DNA of 64,000 bases from Candidatus Uhrbacteria bacterium (GTDB lineage: Bacteria; Patescibacteriota; Patescibacteriia; JACQRZ01). The stretch lies in NCBI GenBank assembly GCA_016206175.1, contig JACQSB010000020.1, positions 39,913 through 103,912 of the forward strand, given 5' to 3'. Below, piece by piece: positions 34,639-45,093 of the stretch. The notes beneath the pieces are model-generated. The model had not been told where the DNA came from. It made no database searches and was given only the letters and a program-made list of their open reading frames with translations. Position 1 is the stretch's first letter; every line of letters begins with the position of its first letter. Both the position numbers and the translations under genes were made by a program.

Positions 34639-37281
34639 ATGCTGAATAACAACTTTACCACCCGTGCGCAAGAAGCGCTCCAGGCAGCGCACATGCTCAC
34701 TGCCGAGCGCAACCACCAAGAACTCTCTCCTCTCCATCTGTTATTGGCGTTGATTCGCCAGCCGGAGAGCGTCGTATCCGGTTTATTGCATAAGCTGGAA
34801 ATACCGGCAAATCTCCTCGAGCAGAGAATCGAGGAGGAGCTGCAATTCCTCCCCCGCATCACCGGCGGGCAAATCGGACAAATCTACATATCAAAAGAAC
34901 TTGCTCTTGTCCTCAACAACGCAAGCAAAGAAGCAAAAAAAATCGGCGATGAATATATCAGCACCGAACATCTATTCCTCTCTTTGATACAGACGCCCTC
35001 GATGGCACAGGATATTCTCATGGAGTTCAAGGTGAACTACGAAATCGTGCTCAAGATCCTCGCGCAGCTTCGCGGTTCCCATCGCGTCACCGACCCTGAT
35101 CCGGAAAGCAAATATCAAGCGCTTAGCAAGTATGCGGTGAACCTGACGGATCAGGCACGGCAAGAAAAACTCGATCCGATCATCGGCCGCGATGAGGAAA
35201 TCCGGCGTGTCATGCAGGTGCTCTCGCGGCGTACAAAGAATAATCCTGTGCTGATCGGCGAGGCAGGCGTCGGCAAAACCGCTATTGTAGAAGGGTTGGC
35301 ACAGCGTATCGTATCCGGCGACGTGCCAGAATCGCTCAAGGACAAAGAGATCCTTTCCCTTGATCTCGGGTCGCTCATAGCAGGTACAAAATTCCGCGGC
35401 GATTTTGAAGACCGCCTGAAAGCAGTATTGAAAGAAATCAGTCAATCGTCAGGGCATGTCATCCTTTTTATCGACGAACTTCATACCGTGATCGGCGCCG
35501 GCGGAGCGGAAGGAGCGATCGATGCTTCTAATATGCTCAAGCCGGCTCTGGCACGCGGCGAGTTGCGTACGATCGGTGCGACGACACTAAAAGAGTACCA
35601 AAAACACATCGAACGCGACCCCGCATTTGAACGCCGCTTTCAGCCAGTAGTGGTCAATGAACCAACGGTAGAAAATACCGTTGCTATCTTACGAGGCATC
35701 AAAGAAAAATACGAAGTGCACCACGGCGTGCGCATCACGGATGCGGCGATCGTTGCTGCTGCACATCTTTCAGCCCGTTATATTTCTGATCGGTTTTTAC
35801 CAGACAAAGCAATTGATTTGATCGATGAAGCGACAAGCGCCATACGGCTCCAGATCGACAGCCAACCGGTGGAACTTGATAACCTCAAACGGCGCGTGCT
35901 TACGTTAGAGATCGAAAAGCAAGCCCTGCAGAAAGAGGGCGATAAGAAATCAAAGACACGGCTCAAATCTCTTGAAAAAGAACTTGCGGAGCTGCAAGAA
36001 GATGCGCGAAAACTGGAGATGGATTGGAAAAATGAAAAAGAATTGATTTCCCAAATACGCTCCATTCGCGAGCAGATCGAACGGCTCAAACAAGAAGCTG
36101 ATATCGCCGAACGGCGGGTTGACCTTTCACGGGTGGCAGAAATCCGCTATGGCAAGGTGCCAGAACATGAGAAAGAACTGAAAAAAATTACTGCAAAACT
36201 CACGACCTTACAGAAAAAACATCGTTTCCTTAAGGAAGAAGTGACAGAAGAAGATATTGCAGGGGTCATTGCCCGCTGGACCGGCATCCAGGCATCAAAA
36301 ATTTTGGAGAGCGAAGCAGAAAAACTGCAAAAGGCAGAACTCGTATTGCAAAAACGCGTCATCGGCCAACAAGAAGCGGTGCAAGCGGTTGCAGACGCCT
36401 TGCGCCGATCGCGCGCCGGGCTCTCTGATGAGCGCCAACCGATCGGTTCATTTCTTTTCATCGGGCCGACCGGGGTTGGGAAAACAGAGCTGGCAAAAAG
36501 CCTTGCAAGCTTCATGTTCAATGACGAAAACGCATTGATCCGCATCGACATGAGCGAATACGGCGAGAAACATGCGGTATCCCGCCTCATCGGCTCTCCT
36601 CCGGGCTATGTCGGCTATGATGAAGGCGGACAGCTCACAGAAAAGGTGCGCCGTAAACCATATAGCGTTATTTTATTCGATGAAATAGAAAAAGCACATC
36701 CGGAAATCTTTAACACGCTTCTGCAAATCCTTGACGATGGGCATGTGACGGACGCCAAAGGCCGTAAGGTAAACTTCAAAAACACGATCATCATTATGAC
36801 GTCAAACCTCGGCGGGGAAATGATCCAAGAAGGAAGCATTGGGTTTTCCGATGATGAAAAAGAACGGACCCTCATAAATGAAAAAGAGATGTCGGATAAG
36901 ATTCATGAACAGCTCAAAAAACACTTCAAGCCGGAATTCTTAAACCGCATCAGTGAGATCATCGTGTTTCATCCCCTTTCACAGAGCGATATCCGCGAAA
37001 TCATCGATATTCAACTCGAGCAAGTAAAGCAACGCTTGGTCGAAAACGAGATCACCGTTTCGTTTACCCAAGAATTGATCGCATTACTTGCAAAACGCGG
37101 TTTTGACCAGCTCTATGGAGCACGGCCGCTGCGCCGTACGATTCAACGGCTGATTCTCAATCCTCTATCCCTTCAGCTCATCAATAAAACCGTTCGGGAG
37201 GGTGATTCAGTGACGATTGACGCGGACGGCGAACGTGTCACAATACAAACGCGCGATACCGCCCAGACAGTTACCGTGTAA
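34639..37281 (+). CDS. clpB: ATP-dependent disaggregase ClpB
   Basis: Clp N-domain repeats, two AAA modules ([15 protein letters not shown] and [15 protein letters not shown]), and a long middle coiled coil. Confidence 0.97.
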   Translation: MLNNNFTTRAQEALQAAHMLTAERNHQELSPLHLLLALIRQPESVVSGLLHKLEIPANLLEQRIEEELQFLPRITGGQIGQIYISKELALVLNNASKEAKKIGDEYISTEHLFLSLIQTPSMAQDILMEFKVNYEIVLKILAQLRGSHRVTDPDPESKYQALSKYAVNLTDQARQEKLDPIIGRDEEIRRVMQVLSRRTKNNPVLIGEAGVGKTAIVEGLAQRIVSGDVPESLKDKEILSLDLGSLIAGTKFRGDFEDRLKAVLKEISQSSGHVILFIDELHTVIGAGGAEGAIDASNMLKPALARGELRTIGATTLKEYQKHIERDPAFERRFQPVVVNEPTVENTVAILRGIKEKYEVHHGVRITDAAIVAAAHLSARYISDRFLPDKAIDLIDEATSAIRLQIDSQPVELDNLKRRVLTLEIEKQALQKEGDKKSKTRLKSLEKELAELQEDARKLEMDWKNEKELISQIRSIREQIERLKQEADIAERRVDLSRVAEIRYGKVPEHEKELKKITAKLTTLQKKHRFLKEEVTEEDIAGVIARWTGIQASKILESEAEKLQKAELVLQKRVIGQQEAVQAVADALRRSRAGLSDERQPIGSFLFIGPTGVGKTELAKSLASFMFNDENALIRIDMSEYGEKHAVSRLIGSPPGYVGYDEGGQLTEKVRRKPYSVILFDEIEKAHPEIFNTLLQILDDGHVTDAKGRKVNFKNTIIIMTSNLGGEMIQEGSIGFSDDEKERTLINEKEMSDKIHEQLKKHFKPEFLNRISEIIVFHPLSQSDIREIIDIQLEQVKQRLVENEITVSFTQELIALLAKRGFDQLYGARPLRRTIQRLILNPLSLQLINKTVREGDSVTIDADGERVTIQTRDTAQTVTV

Positions 37282-37311
37282 AGCACGGTTGGATTACTAT
37301 AACGTATTACG

Positions 37312-38742
37312 ATGAAACTTTGGACTCGATTTATCGTTAGCTTCCTTCTTTTTACGTTGCTTGCTCCTGTGCAGCCGCTGTATGCGCTCACATTCCAGCC
37401 CAATGCAATTCTTTCGGATGAGGAATTTTTCGATGCAAACTCAATGGATGCTGATGGTGTGCAGCGATTTCTAGAACGTCGCAGTTCGGCTCTTGCTGCC
37501 TATACGGCACGCGATATTGATGGCGTGACAAAACGCGCGGCTGATATCATCTGGCGGGCTGCCAAAACTCACGGGATTAGCCCAAAGGTATTGCTCGTAC
37601 TCCTGCAAAAAGAACAGAGTCTTATCGAAAATAAAAACCCGAACCAATACAGTTTCGATTGGGCGACCGGATATGCACGATGCGATTCATGTTCCGCAAC
37701 CGACCCAGCGGTGGTGGCATATAAGGGTTTCGTACAACAAGTTGAGAAAGCGGCATGGAGAAAAAAATACTATACCCTCGAACCGCAAAAATTCCGATTC
37801 CATCCCGGCGAACTGCAGATGGTCGATGGGTACCCCGTGACTCCGAATAACTGGGCAACAGCAGTATTATATAACTACACCCCCCATTTGCGCGGAAACT
37901 TTAGCTTTTGGAAGATCTGGAACAAATATTTCGCCAAAGTCTTTCCCGATGGCATGATCGTAAAATCAGCAGACAGTCCCGATGTTTGGCTCATACAAAA
38001 TGGAAAACGCCGCCTGTTTTCTTCCTTGAGCGCGCTTCGTTCTCGCTATGATGAACAGCAAATTGTCCAAGTTGACCAGTCATCTCTGGAGACGTATGAA
38101 AACGGTGCGCCAATACGATTCCCGCAATACGCACTCCTCCAAGCGCCAAACGGCGCCGTATTCTTATACGTTGATGACCAACGATACGGCATCGCATCAA
38201 AAGAAGTTTTCCGCCAGATCGGATTTCGCTCCGAAGAACTTATCAATGCAACAGACGCGGATCTGATCGATATCCCCCTTGCCGGATTTATCCAGGCACC
38301 GGATGATAACCCCATGGGCAATCTCATACAACACCCGGAATCCGGCGCTGTATATTACGTGCAAAATGGAAAAAAACGGCCTATTCTTGAAAAGGCACTG
38401 TTACAGGCAAACTTTGAGCACCGTTCGATTACTCGCATGAAGAAAGAAGAGATCGAAAAGTTTCCCGACGGCGCTCCGGTTCTCTTTGATGATGGCACGC
38501 TCGTCACATCTCCGGCAACAAAAACAGTTTATATCATATCAAACAGCCAAAAACGCCCCTTCTTGACGGCAGATGCGTTTACCGCTCTTGGATTCCAATG
38601 GTCGCAGATTGTCGCATCGAACGGCAAGACGCTTGATTTCCATGAAGAAGGCAATCCCATTGATCTTGGCACAACGATCGATCAAGAGTTTAGTGCACCG
38701 GTGACGACGACTGCGGAAGGAAAGAAAAAACCTACAACATGA
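37312..38742 (+). CDS. secreted protein with four hydrophobic-x-NG-K/R-R-P-type repeats (476 aa)
   Basis: Signal peptide. N-terminal ISPKVLLVLLQKEQSL block, then repeats VWLIQNGKRRLF, VFLYVDDQRYGI, VYYVQNGKKRPI and VYIISNSQKRPF. Possibly cell-wall associated. Confidence 0.6.
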   Translation: MKLWTRFIVSFLLFTLLAPVQPLYALTFQPNAILSDEEFFDANSMDADGVQRFLERRSSALAAYTARDIDGVTKRAADIIWRAAKTHGISPKVLLVLLQKEQSLIENKNPNQYSFDWATGYARCDSCSATDPAVVAYKGFVQQVEKAAWRKKYYTLEPQKFRFHPGELQMVDGYPVTPNNWATAVLYNYTPHLRGNFSFWKIWNKYFAKVFPDGMIVKSADSPDVWLIQNGKRRLFSSLSALRSRYDEQQIVQVDQSSLETYENGAPIRFPQYALLQAPNGAVFLYVDDQRYGIASKEVFRQIGFRSEELINATDADLIDIPLAGFIQAPDDNPMGNLIQHPESGAVYYVQNGKKRPILEKALLQANFEHRSITRMKKEEIEKFPDGAPVLFDDGTLVTSPATKTVYIISNSQKRPFLTADAFTALGFQWSQIVASNGKTLDFHEEGNPIDLGTTIDQEFSAPVTTTAEGKKKPTT

Positions 38743-38756
38743 AGACTCGTTAGTTT

Positions 38757-39554
38757 ATGACACTCATCTACGGAAGCATTGCGCCACATTCCCCTGCGCT
38801 TCTGCCCCATATTATAGAAAAGGCGGAAGGGAAACTAGACATAACGATTGCTGCGCTCAAGCAGCTGCAAGTAAAAATCGCAGAATGTAAACCCGATACG
38901 CTGATTATTATTGCGCCACATGATGAATCAGCGCACAGCGAAAGTTCTTACCGCTTTCATATTCCGCACACCTATCGGGCGACGTTTGAACAATTTGGCG
39001 ATCTTGCCAGTAAATCTGAATATCAACCCGATGCCATTCTCGCTGACCGCTTAAAGGATAAACTCGTGCAAGAAGGCATGGCTGTCACGTATTCGAGTGA
39101 TGAAAAGCTCGATTACAGTGTAGGAATACCCTTAGAATATCTCGCGGGAGGATTGGGATGTAAAATTCTTGTTGTACATCCTGCCTCAAAGAATCTATTG
39201 GCACTATTCGATGATGGAAAACAGTTCCAGAAAATTTTCCAAGAATCTGAAAAGCGGATCGTAGTTTTAGCTTCCGGCGACCTTGCCCACTGTTTATCTC
39301 ATGACGCTCCGTTGCCATTTAATCCGACAGGAGTAGAGCTCGAAAAACAGATAGTAAAATGGATCAAAGGAAAACGGGAGAAAAAAATACTGGAGTTATC
39401 CGATGAAAAAATTACAGAGATAGGGGCTTGCGGCTTACCGTCATTTGCTCTGTTCTGGGGAATTATTACACCGATGCACCACCAAACAAAATTTTATTCG
39501 TATGAGAGTCCGTTTGGTGTAGGGCATATCATCATGGACTACTCCATAGAATGA
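38757..39554 (+). CDS. LigB/Memo-like (class III extradiol dioxygenase superfamily) protein
   Basis: SIAPHSPALLP, IIIAPHDE and ASGDLAHCLSH histidine-bearing blocks resemble this superfamily. The assignment is tentative. Confidence 0.5.
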   Translation: MTLIYGSIAPHSPALLPHIIEKAEGKLDITIAALKQLQVKIAECKPDTLIIIAPHDESAHSESSYRFHIPHTYRATFEQFGDLASKSEYQPDAILADRLKDKLVQEGMAVTYSSDEKLDYSVGIPLEYLAGGLGCKILVVHPASKNLLALFDDGKQFQKIFQESEKRIVVLASGDLAHCLSHDAPLPFNPTGVELEKQIVKWIKGKREKKILELSDEKITEIGACGLPSFALFWGIITPMHHQTKFYSYESPFGVGHIIMDYSIE

Positions 39555-41392
39555 AAGCTGCATACATCATCCCCCTCACCCGCCTTCCCTCCCATCTGGA
39601 GGGATTTGATTATTCCATTCCAGCTGATGTCGAAACTATCATTACCGCCGGAAGCATAGTTGAAGTGCATTTGCGCAACAGAAAAACGAAGGGAATTGTG
39701 TTCAAAATTCATGATAGCGCTATTCAGACCCTCAAACCCATCGGAAAAGTGATGCCACCTGAATGCGCTATCTCTCAAAGCGACTTACAGTTTCTTGAAT
39801 GGTTTTCATCCTACTATGCTGTTTCTCTAAGCGTTGCCGCCTTGCAGATGACACCGTTCCTGGATGGAACATACGGCAACGCCGACAACGAACAGCGGTC
39901 AAATACACAGCGACCGACGCTTGTGTATTCGCCTTCGTATCATCTGCGCATCGATCACTACAGACAGACCATACAAGAACTGCAAGGACAAAACAAACAA
40001 GTACTCATCATCTGTCCAACGATCGCAAGCGTGTATATGCTGACACGCGAATTATCGGATACTTTCCCCGAGAATCAGATCGCTGTTGTGCACAGCGGTC
40101 TTGGCAAACCTCTCTTCCGAAAAAATGCTCAAACGCTTCGAGACGGGACTGCGCTTATTGGCATCGGCACTCGAATGCTCTCATTTGCTCCCTGCGCTTC
40201 TCTTGGTGCTGTCATACTCCATGATGCGGAACGGCAAGAACATAAACAGTATGACTCGCATCCTCGCTCTGATAGTCGCGTTGTCGCTTTCGCGAGAGCA
40301 ACGATCGAAGGCGCGCGGGCATACATCACAAGCGCAGCTCCTCGGCTCGAAGAATGGGTGGAAAAAGATAAGTCGCTCATCTATCAAGAACTGCCGGCTG
40401 ATATAAACACGACTGTCATCGATCTTTCTGATGAGATGCGCAATGAAAACTACTCATTCATCAGCGATCATCTCGCAGGACTCATAGAAAAAAACCTTCG
40501 TGAACAGAAAAAATCATTTCTTGTTTTGTCAGCCAAAGGCTTCAGCCGTCTAGTGATGTGCGCGGCGTGTTCCTATATTTTTACCTGCGACTCATGCAAA
40601 GGACTGCCGCGTTATTCAAAGACCACTTCATCTCTTATATGCAGCACCTGCTCCGCTTCCCGACCGCTTCCAGAAACATGCCCGCAATGCAAAGGGATGC
40701 ACTACATATTTCCGGGCTTGGGCAGAGAAAAGATTGTTTCATATTTGAGACAATTATTCCCTCACACATCTATCGGTGAAGCTACCGTTTCAGGAAAAGA
40801 GGCAAACTCGATGCCTTCCATTGCCATAGGTTATGCTTCTCTGTATAGCGACTATCCACATGCGTATTCCCCTCTCGGCCTACTTGGATTCATTGCAGCT
40901 GACCCCGTGATATCAATGGCGGATATCCGAGCAACAGAACGCCAATGGCAAGCTGACGCAGCCTGCATGAGTGTGGCATCCTCACAAAAAGCAGATATTG
41001 TCATACAAGCATTCAATTCACGATCGCGGTTCATCCAAACATTGGCAAAAATGGACTTTCCATCCTTTGCATCTAACGAACTTGCAATACGGCAAGGCTG
41101 CAAACAGCCACCATTTAGTCGGATTGTCCGCGTTTTTCCATCTGCGAGAGCAAAAGTATCGGATGCCGACCGCATGGAAGTACGGTCGCGTTTTGAAAAG
41201 ATTGCAAGTTCTTCGCCACAGCCATTCATTACTATCACAGAATCAACTTCACAAAAATCGAAAGGAGAACTCAAGGAGCTTGTCATGACGATTGAAATGC
41301 GGTATCATCCATTGCAACTTTTGCCTGATTCTTTACTCAAAACGCTTCGATCGCTTCCCAAAGGCTTTCTCCATGATATCGACCCATTATAG
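39551..41392 (+). CDS. priA: PriA-like primosomal protein with degenerate helicase motifs
   Basis: The PriA-type N-terminal domain and the Cys-rich zinc region (CAACSYIFTCDSCKG...CSTCS...CPQCKG) are colinear with PriA. No GxGKT Walker A is present, and the DEEH box reads HDAE. Confidence 0.7.
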   Translation: MKAAYIIPLTRLPSHLEGFDYSIPADVETIITAGSIVEVHLRNRKTKGIVFKIHDSAIQTLKPIGKVMPPECAISQSDLQFLEWFSSYYAVSLSVAALQMTPFLDGTYGNADNEQRSNTQRPTLVYSPSYHLRIDHYRQTIQELQGQNKQVLIICPTIASVYMLTRELSDTFPENQIAVVHSGLGKPLFRKNAQTLRDGTALIGIGTRMLSFAPCASLGAVILHDAERQEHKQYDSHPRSDSRVVAFARATIEGARAYITSAAPRLEEWVEKDKSLIYQELPADINTTVIDLSDEMRNENYSFISDHLAGLIEKNLREQKKSFLVLSAKGFSRLVMCAACSYIFTCDSCKGLPRYSKTTSSLICSTCSASRPLPETCPQCKGMHYIFPGLGREKIVSYLRQLFPHTSIGEATVSGKEANSMPSIAIGYASLYSDYPHAYSPLGLLGFIAADPVISMADIRATERQWQADAACMSVASSQKADIVIQAFNSRSRFIQTLAKMDFPSFASNELAIRQGCKQPPFSRIVRVFPSARAKVSDADRMEVRSRFEKIASSSPQPFITITESTSQKSKGELKELVMTIEMRYHPLQLLPDSLLKTLRSLPKGFLHDIDPL

Positions 41393-41399
41393 GTCTTGT

Positions 41400-41897
41400 A
41401 TGATTCTTCCCTTAGTACAAACAGATCACCCAGTACTACGTCGTACTGCAGATACGATCACGCGATTCGATGACCCAACGCTGCAGAAATTAATCGACGA
41501 TATGATTCCAACGATGTATGAACGCGACGGTATCGGGCTTGCGGCACCGCAGATAAATTATTCACTGCGGCTTGCCGTTATCGTGCCAGATCCTGACAAA
41601 TATGAAGAGTACAAGAAAGAAAGCCGTGAGGGTATTGTCTTGATAAATCCAAAAATCATCCGCAAATCGTTTCGCAAAGAAACACATGAAGAAGGATGCC
41701 TTTCTGTCCCCAGTATTTTCGGACCGGTACACCGATATCGGAGCGTGACATGCGAATATCAAGATCGGCACGGAGCAAAGCATACCATGAAAGGCACAGG
41801 GTTACTTGCGCGTGTACTTCAGCATGAAACAGACCATCTCAACGGAACACTCTTTATCGATAAAGCAAAACGGTTATACAACGTTGCTGCTCTCTAG
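41400..41897 (+). CDS. def: peptide deformylase
   Basis: GIGLAAPQI, EGCLS and HETDHLNG motifs. Start moved to ATG 41400, after the priA stop. Confidence 0.92.
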   Translation: MILPLVQTDHPVLRRTADTITRFDDPTLQKLIDDMIPTMYERDGIGLAAPQINYSLRLAVIVPDPDKYEEYKKESREGIVLINPKIIRKSFRKETHEEGCLSVPSIFGPVHRYRSVTCEYQDRHGAKHTMKGTGLLARVLQHETDHLNGTLFIDKAKRLYNVAAL

Positions 41898-42620
41898 TCA
41901 GCGCGGCAGGTCTTGTTTCATCTTCAAGAAAAAATCATGCTCGTGTTTTCCGAATGTTTGAATACCGGAAATAGAGCGGTAATCCATTCCCGATGGAATG
42001 TTGATGCGAAGATCGCCCGCACCGCTATCCCCGTCTTTTACTTTGTATTTTTTTAAGAGCGACGAACGTAATCCTAAGACTACGCCATGACGTTTTTTTG
42101 CCTCAACAAGCGCTTGGTCGATTTGTTCGTCACTGATTCCGAGCGAATGGAGTAATTCTCGAAACTCACGCGCCTGATATCGATGCATTCCGCTAACGAG
42201 CGTCTGCGCGCCATCACGATATTCACTGTTTCCTACAGTAAGATTGAGAGCTGTCAAAAAGGAATGCACACTGCCTATTTCTCTTGCATATACTTCCATT
42301 TGAGTGCTAATACGATCTTCTTCAGGAAAAAATTGTACAATATCGGGATTATAGTCAGGAAACTTTGATTTGCGCGGAACAAAATACAAATCCCCCTGTT
42401 GCGGAAGCCCTGCATCGTGTTCGCCATTGACTTCTTCAAATTGCGCAACCGGCAAATGCCCTTTTGTAATCAAGTATTGAATCGATTCAATGCTTGTCGC
42501 GTGATAGCCGATCGTATTCCGTTTATCCGATAACCCTTTTTCAAACATATCAACGAGATATCTTTTCCGCTGGGTTTCGGGATCAAACCGCAATTCACGT
42601 GGTGGTGGTTGTTCTGGCAT
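41898..42620 (-). CDS. hypothetical protein (240 aa)
   Basis: ORF with ATG at 42620. Its stop codon abuts the def stop codon with zero spacing (convergent genes). No confident family assignment. Confidence 0.55.
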   Translation of the reverse strand: MPEQPPPRELRFDPETQRKRYLVDMFEKGLSDKRNTIGYHATSIESIQYLITKGHLPVAQFEEVNGEHDAGLPQQGDLYFVPRKSKFPDYNPDIVQFFPEEDRISTQMEVYAREIGSVHSFLTALNLTVGNSEYRDGAQTLVSGMHRYQAREFRELLHSLGISDEQIDQALVEAKKRHGVVLGLRSSLLKKYKVKDGDSGAGDLRINIPSGMDYRSISGIQTFGKHEHDFFLKMKQDLPR

Positions 42621-42629
42621 ACCTAATGG

Positions 42630-43556
42630 CTAAAGAAACTTCAGCCTTCCTTTCGCATCAGCGACAGAATGATAGCCCTTTGCGATTAAGATGTCTACCA
42701 ACTCCTTTTCGATTCGCCCAAAACACGCGGGACCTTCTTTTTCGAATATGGTTCCAACCTGCACGACATCCGCTCCCGCAAGAAGAAACTCAAATGCGTC
42801 TACGCCCGACTGGATGCCTCCAACGCCAAAGATAGATATCTTATCGCCTAAGAGATTGTAAAACGCACGCACATTTGCAAGCGCGATTGGTTTAATATAA
42901 CTCCCGGAAAGACCGCCAAATCCTTTCTTCGGTTTGAGGATAGGCGTTTCTTTCTCTGGATCAATCACTAACACATTTCCCACGGAGTTAATACACGTCA
43001 CAAATGAAATCTGATATTTTTCAATCAGCTCTGCCATGTGTTGCTGGTGGACATAATCAAAATATGGCGGCAACTTGACACCGACAGGTTTCGTACCACT
43101 CCGTGATACCACGGAAAGCACTTTTTCCGTTTGTTCAAAATCGTATGCAACTTGCGGTTTGCCCTCTATATTCGGGCAGCTAAGATTCACCTCAATGAGA
43201 TCAACATCGCTTTCCTGGAATGTATCGACCATAACACGATAATCTTCTACCGACAAACCGGCAATACTGGCTACAATAGGCTTGCCGTATGATTGCAAAA
43301 GCGGCGCAAATTCACCATACGCTCGATATCCGAGATTTGGCAATCCCATGGATTGAATCGCGCCATAGGGAAGCCTTGCATATCGAGGTTCCGCATTACC
43401 GGACCGCGGTTCGATCGTACAGGATTTCATCACGATTGCTGAAGATCCTGAGCTGCCGAGTACATGCAGTTCGTCTAGCGTAGCATCATTCGGACCAGAG
43501 GCATTACAGATGTATGAAGGAAACTCAAGCCCCGCGATTGTGGTTTTCGTATTCAC
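42630..43556 (-). CDS. pyrD: dihydroorotate dehydrogenase (class 1)
   Basis: NASGPNDATL, the catalytic-loop region SCTIEPRSGN, and GGLSG and GGIQSG FMN-binding blocks. Confidence 0.9.
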   Translation of the reverse strand: MNTKTTIAGLEFPSYICNASGPNDATLDELHVLGSSGSSAIVMKSCTIEPRSGNAEPRYARLPYGAIQSMGLPNLGYRAYGEFAPLLQSYGKPIVASIAGLSVEDYRVMVDTFQESDVDLIEVNLSCPNIEGKPQVAYDFEQTEKVLSVVSRSGTKPVGVKLPPYFDYVHQQHMAELIEKYQISFVTCINSVGNVLVIDPEKETPILKPKKGFGGLSGSYIKPIALANVRAFYNLLGDKISIFGVGGIQSGVDAFEFLLAGADVVQVGTIFEKEGPACFGRIEKELVDILIAKGYHSVADAKGRLKFL

Positions 43557-43566
43557 GGCTGACCTA

Positions 43567-44001
43567 TTAGTCGTTTAGTTGCTTTTCAGCATCGGGGAAT
43601 CGCTGAAAGAAATCAACGAGCGCTCCTTCAATGGGGTTCAGCTTCTTCATCTCTTCAAGCGATACCCATCGATGATCTTGAGCTTCTTCAGGATCAAGGA
43701 GTGGCTCTTTATCCGTCTTTACATGAAAATACAAAACAACCCGTGATGTTTCCTTGTTGCGAACAATATGAAACTGTTGATCCTGTCCAAAACCAAGAAA
43801 GCGGGGTTGTTCAAATTGGATGCTTGTTTCCTCTCTCATTTCCCGAATCAATGTCTCCTCTACTGTCTCGCCCCACTCCGGGCGTCCGCCCGGAACACGC
43901 CAGACGCGGAAGCCAGGATCGAATACGGCCAAAAATTTCCCGCCTTTCTCAATAAAGGCGGAACAAGCTACTTGATGCCCCTGAAGCACTTCCTTTTCCA
44001 T
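43567..44001 (-). CDS. NUDIX hydrolase
   Basis: Nudix box GGRPEWGETVEETLIREMREETSI. Confidence 0.85.
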   Translation of the reverse strand: MEKEVLQGHQVACSAFIEKGGKFLAVFDPGFRVWRVPGGRPEWGETVEETLIREMREETSIQFEQPRFLGFGQDQQFHIVRNKETSRVVLYFHVKTDKEPLLDPEEAQDHRWVSLEEMKKLNPIEGALVDFFQRFPDAEKQLND

Positions 44002-44013
44002 AAGAGGTTTGCA

Positions 44014-44925
44014 CTAACAAACAAGATGGCGTTTTGATTTGTGGAAGAAGTACCCCACAACTGCAAATGTTATGACTGGCGCAAGCCATGGCGGGATATG
44101 GAGACCAAACGCCTCACCAAGCATGATAAGTCCAAGAAACATGATCGAATACATCGCGCCATTTTTTAGGAAGACGAAATTCTTGATGCGGTCAATGTTT
44201 CCTATTGTTATCTGGCGCACAACAATAGCGCCTATTCCATTGCCAATAAGTATCAAAGGCACAGCAAGAGTAAATGCAAATGCGCCAAGTACGCCGTCGA
44301 TGGAAAACGTAGCATCAATCGCTTCCAAATAAAATATCTTGCTCATATCGGAAAGATGCTGCTTCATGAGGTCCTTTTCCTTCTGTTCCGCATTTCCCTT
44401 AAATCCGTGCGTGATAAAAAATGCCGTAGAGCCGAGCACCGTACCAAATGCCATCATCGGGTCGATCTTAATCGCAGCCCAAACGATGACAGCAAGAAGT
44501 ATCGAGGCAACGGCATAAAACCAAACACCTTGGGCTTGAAAAAAACGTTCACCGAGGAGGCCAAAGTTTTTCGGTTCCAAAAAGAGCCAGTGGAAAAATA
44601 AAAACAAAAGAAATGTCCCGCCACCTGCAAGAAGGATCGGCGCAGACTGTTCAATCGCATGGATGACTCGTGGGTCAGAGCTAAATGTGGCTGTAAGCGC
44701 TTCCAGCGGCCCGAGGCCGGGGGCAGCAAACCAGACGATGAGCCATGGCAAAACCCCTCGCACCACAAACACGGCTATGAATATCCCCCAGATCAAAAAC
44801 CAACGCCGCGCTTTTGCTCCCATAGTTGAGAGCACTTCAGCATTGATGATCGCATTATCGATACCTGATATCGTCTCAAAAAGTACGAGTCCCGCTATGA
44901 TCAAAATTGCAGATGAAAAATCCAT
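44014..44925 (-). CDS. DUF475/TerC-like integral membrane protein
   Basis: Polytopic. N-terminal ETISGIDNAIINAEV and a later EAIDATFSIDGV repeat resemble the DUF475/TerC duplicated motif. Confidence 0.65.
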   Translation of the reverse strand: MDFSSAILIIAGLVLFETISGIDNAIINAEVLSTMGAKARRWFLIWGIFIAVFVVRGVLPWLIVWFAAPGLGPLEALTATFSSDPRVIHAIEQSAPILLAGGGTFLLFLFFHWLFLEPKNFGLLGERFFQAQGVWFYAVASILLAVIVWAAIKIDPMMAFGTVLGSTAFFITHGFKGNAEQKEKDLMKQHLSDMSKIFYLEAIDATFSIDGVLGAFAFTLAVPLILIGNGIGAIVVRQITIGNIDRIKNFVFLKNGAMYSIMFLGLIMLGEAFGLHIPPWLAPVITFAVVGYFFHKSKRHLVC

Positions 44926-44947
44926 ACCACAGAGTTAATTGTTTGGG

Positions 44948-44976
44948 ATTATAGCAGGAAATCATAGAAATGCCAA
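44948..44976 (-). promoter_or_regulatory. putative promoter of the DUF475 gene
   Basis: On the minus strand: TTGGCA (44976-44971), a 17-nt spacer, then TATAAT (44953-44948). It lies about 22 nt upstream of the ATG. Confidence 0.55.
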
Positions 44977-45093
44977 TGATTGATATGTTTCTCTACTTCT
45001 TCGCAATTGCCTCTATAAAAGAACTTTTGTAACTGTGATAAACCGACGAACTTCTGTAAACTTTGATTATCTGAAATTTTGCCAGCAGAACGG

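Noticed and set aside
44926-45093. yybP-ykoY (Mn) riboswitch upstream of the TerC/DUF475-like gene
   Set aside because: A near-consensus promoter (TTGGCA-17-TATAAT) sits only ~22 nt from the ATG, leaving no room for a riboswitch. No conserved yybP-ykoY blocks were seen further upstream. The direct repeats GAACTTTTGTAAC and GAACTTCTGTAAAC there remain unexplained but weak.
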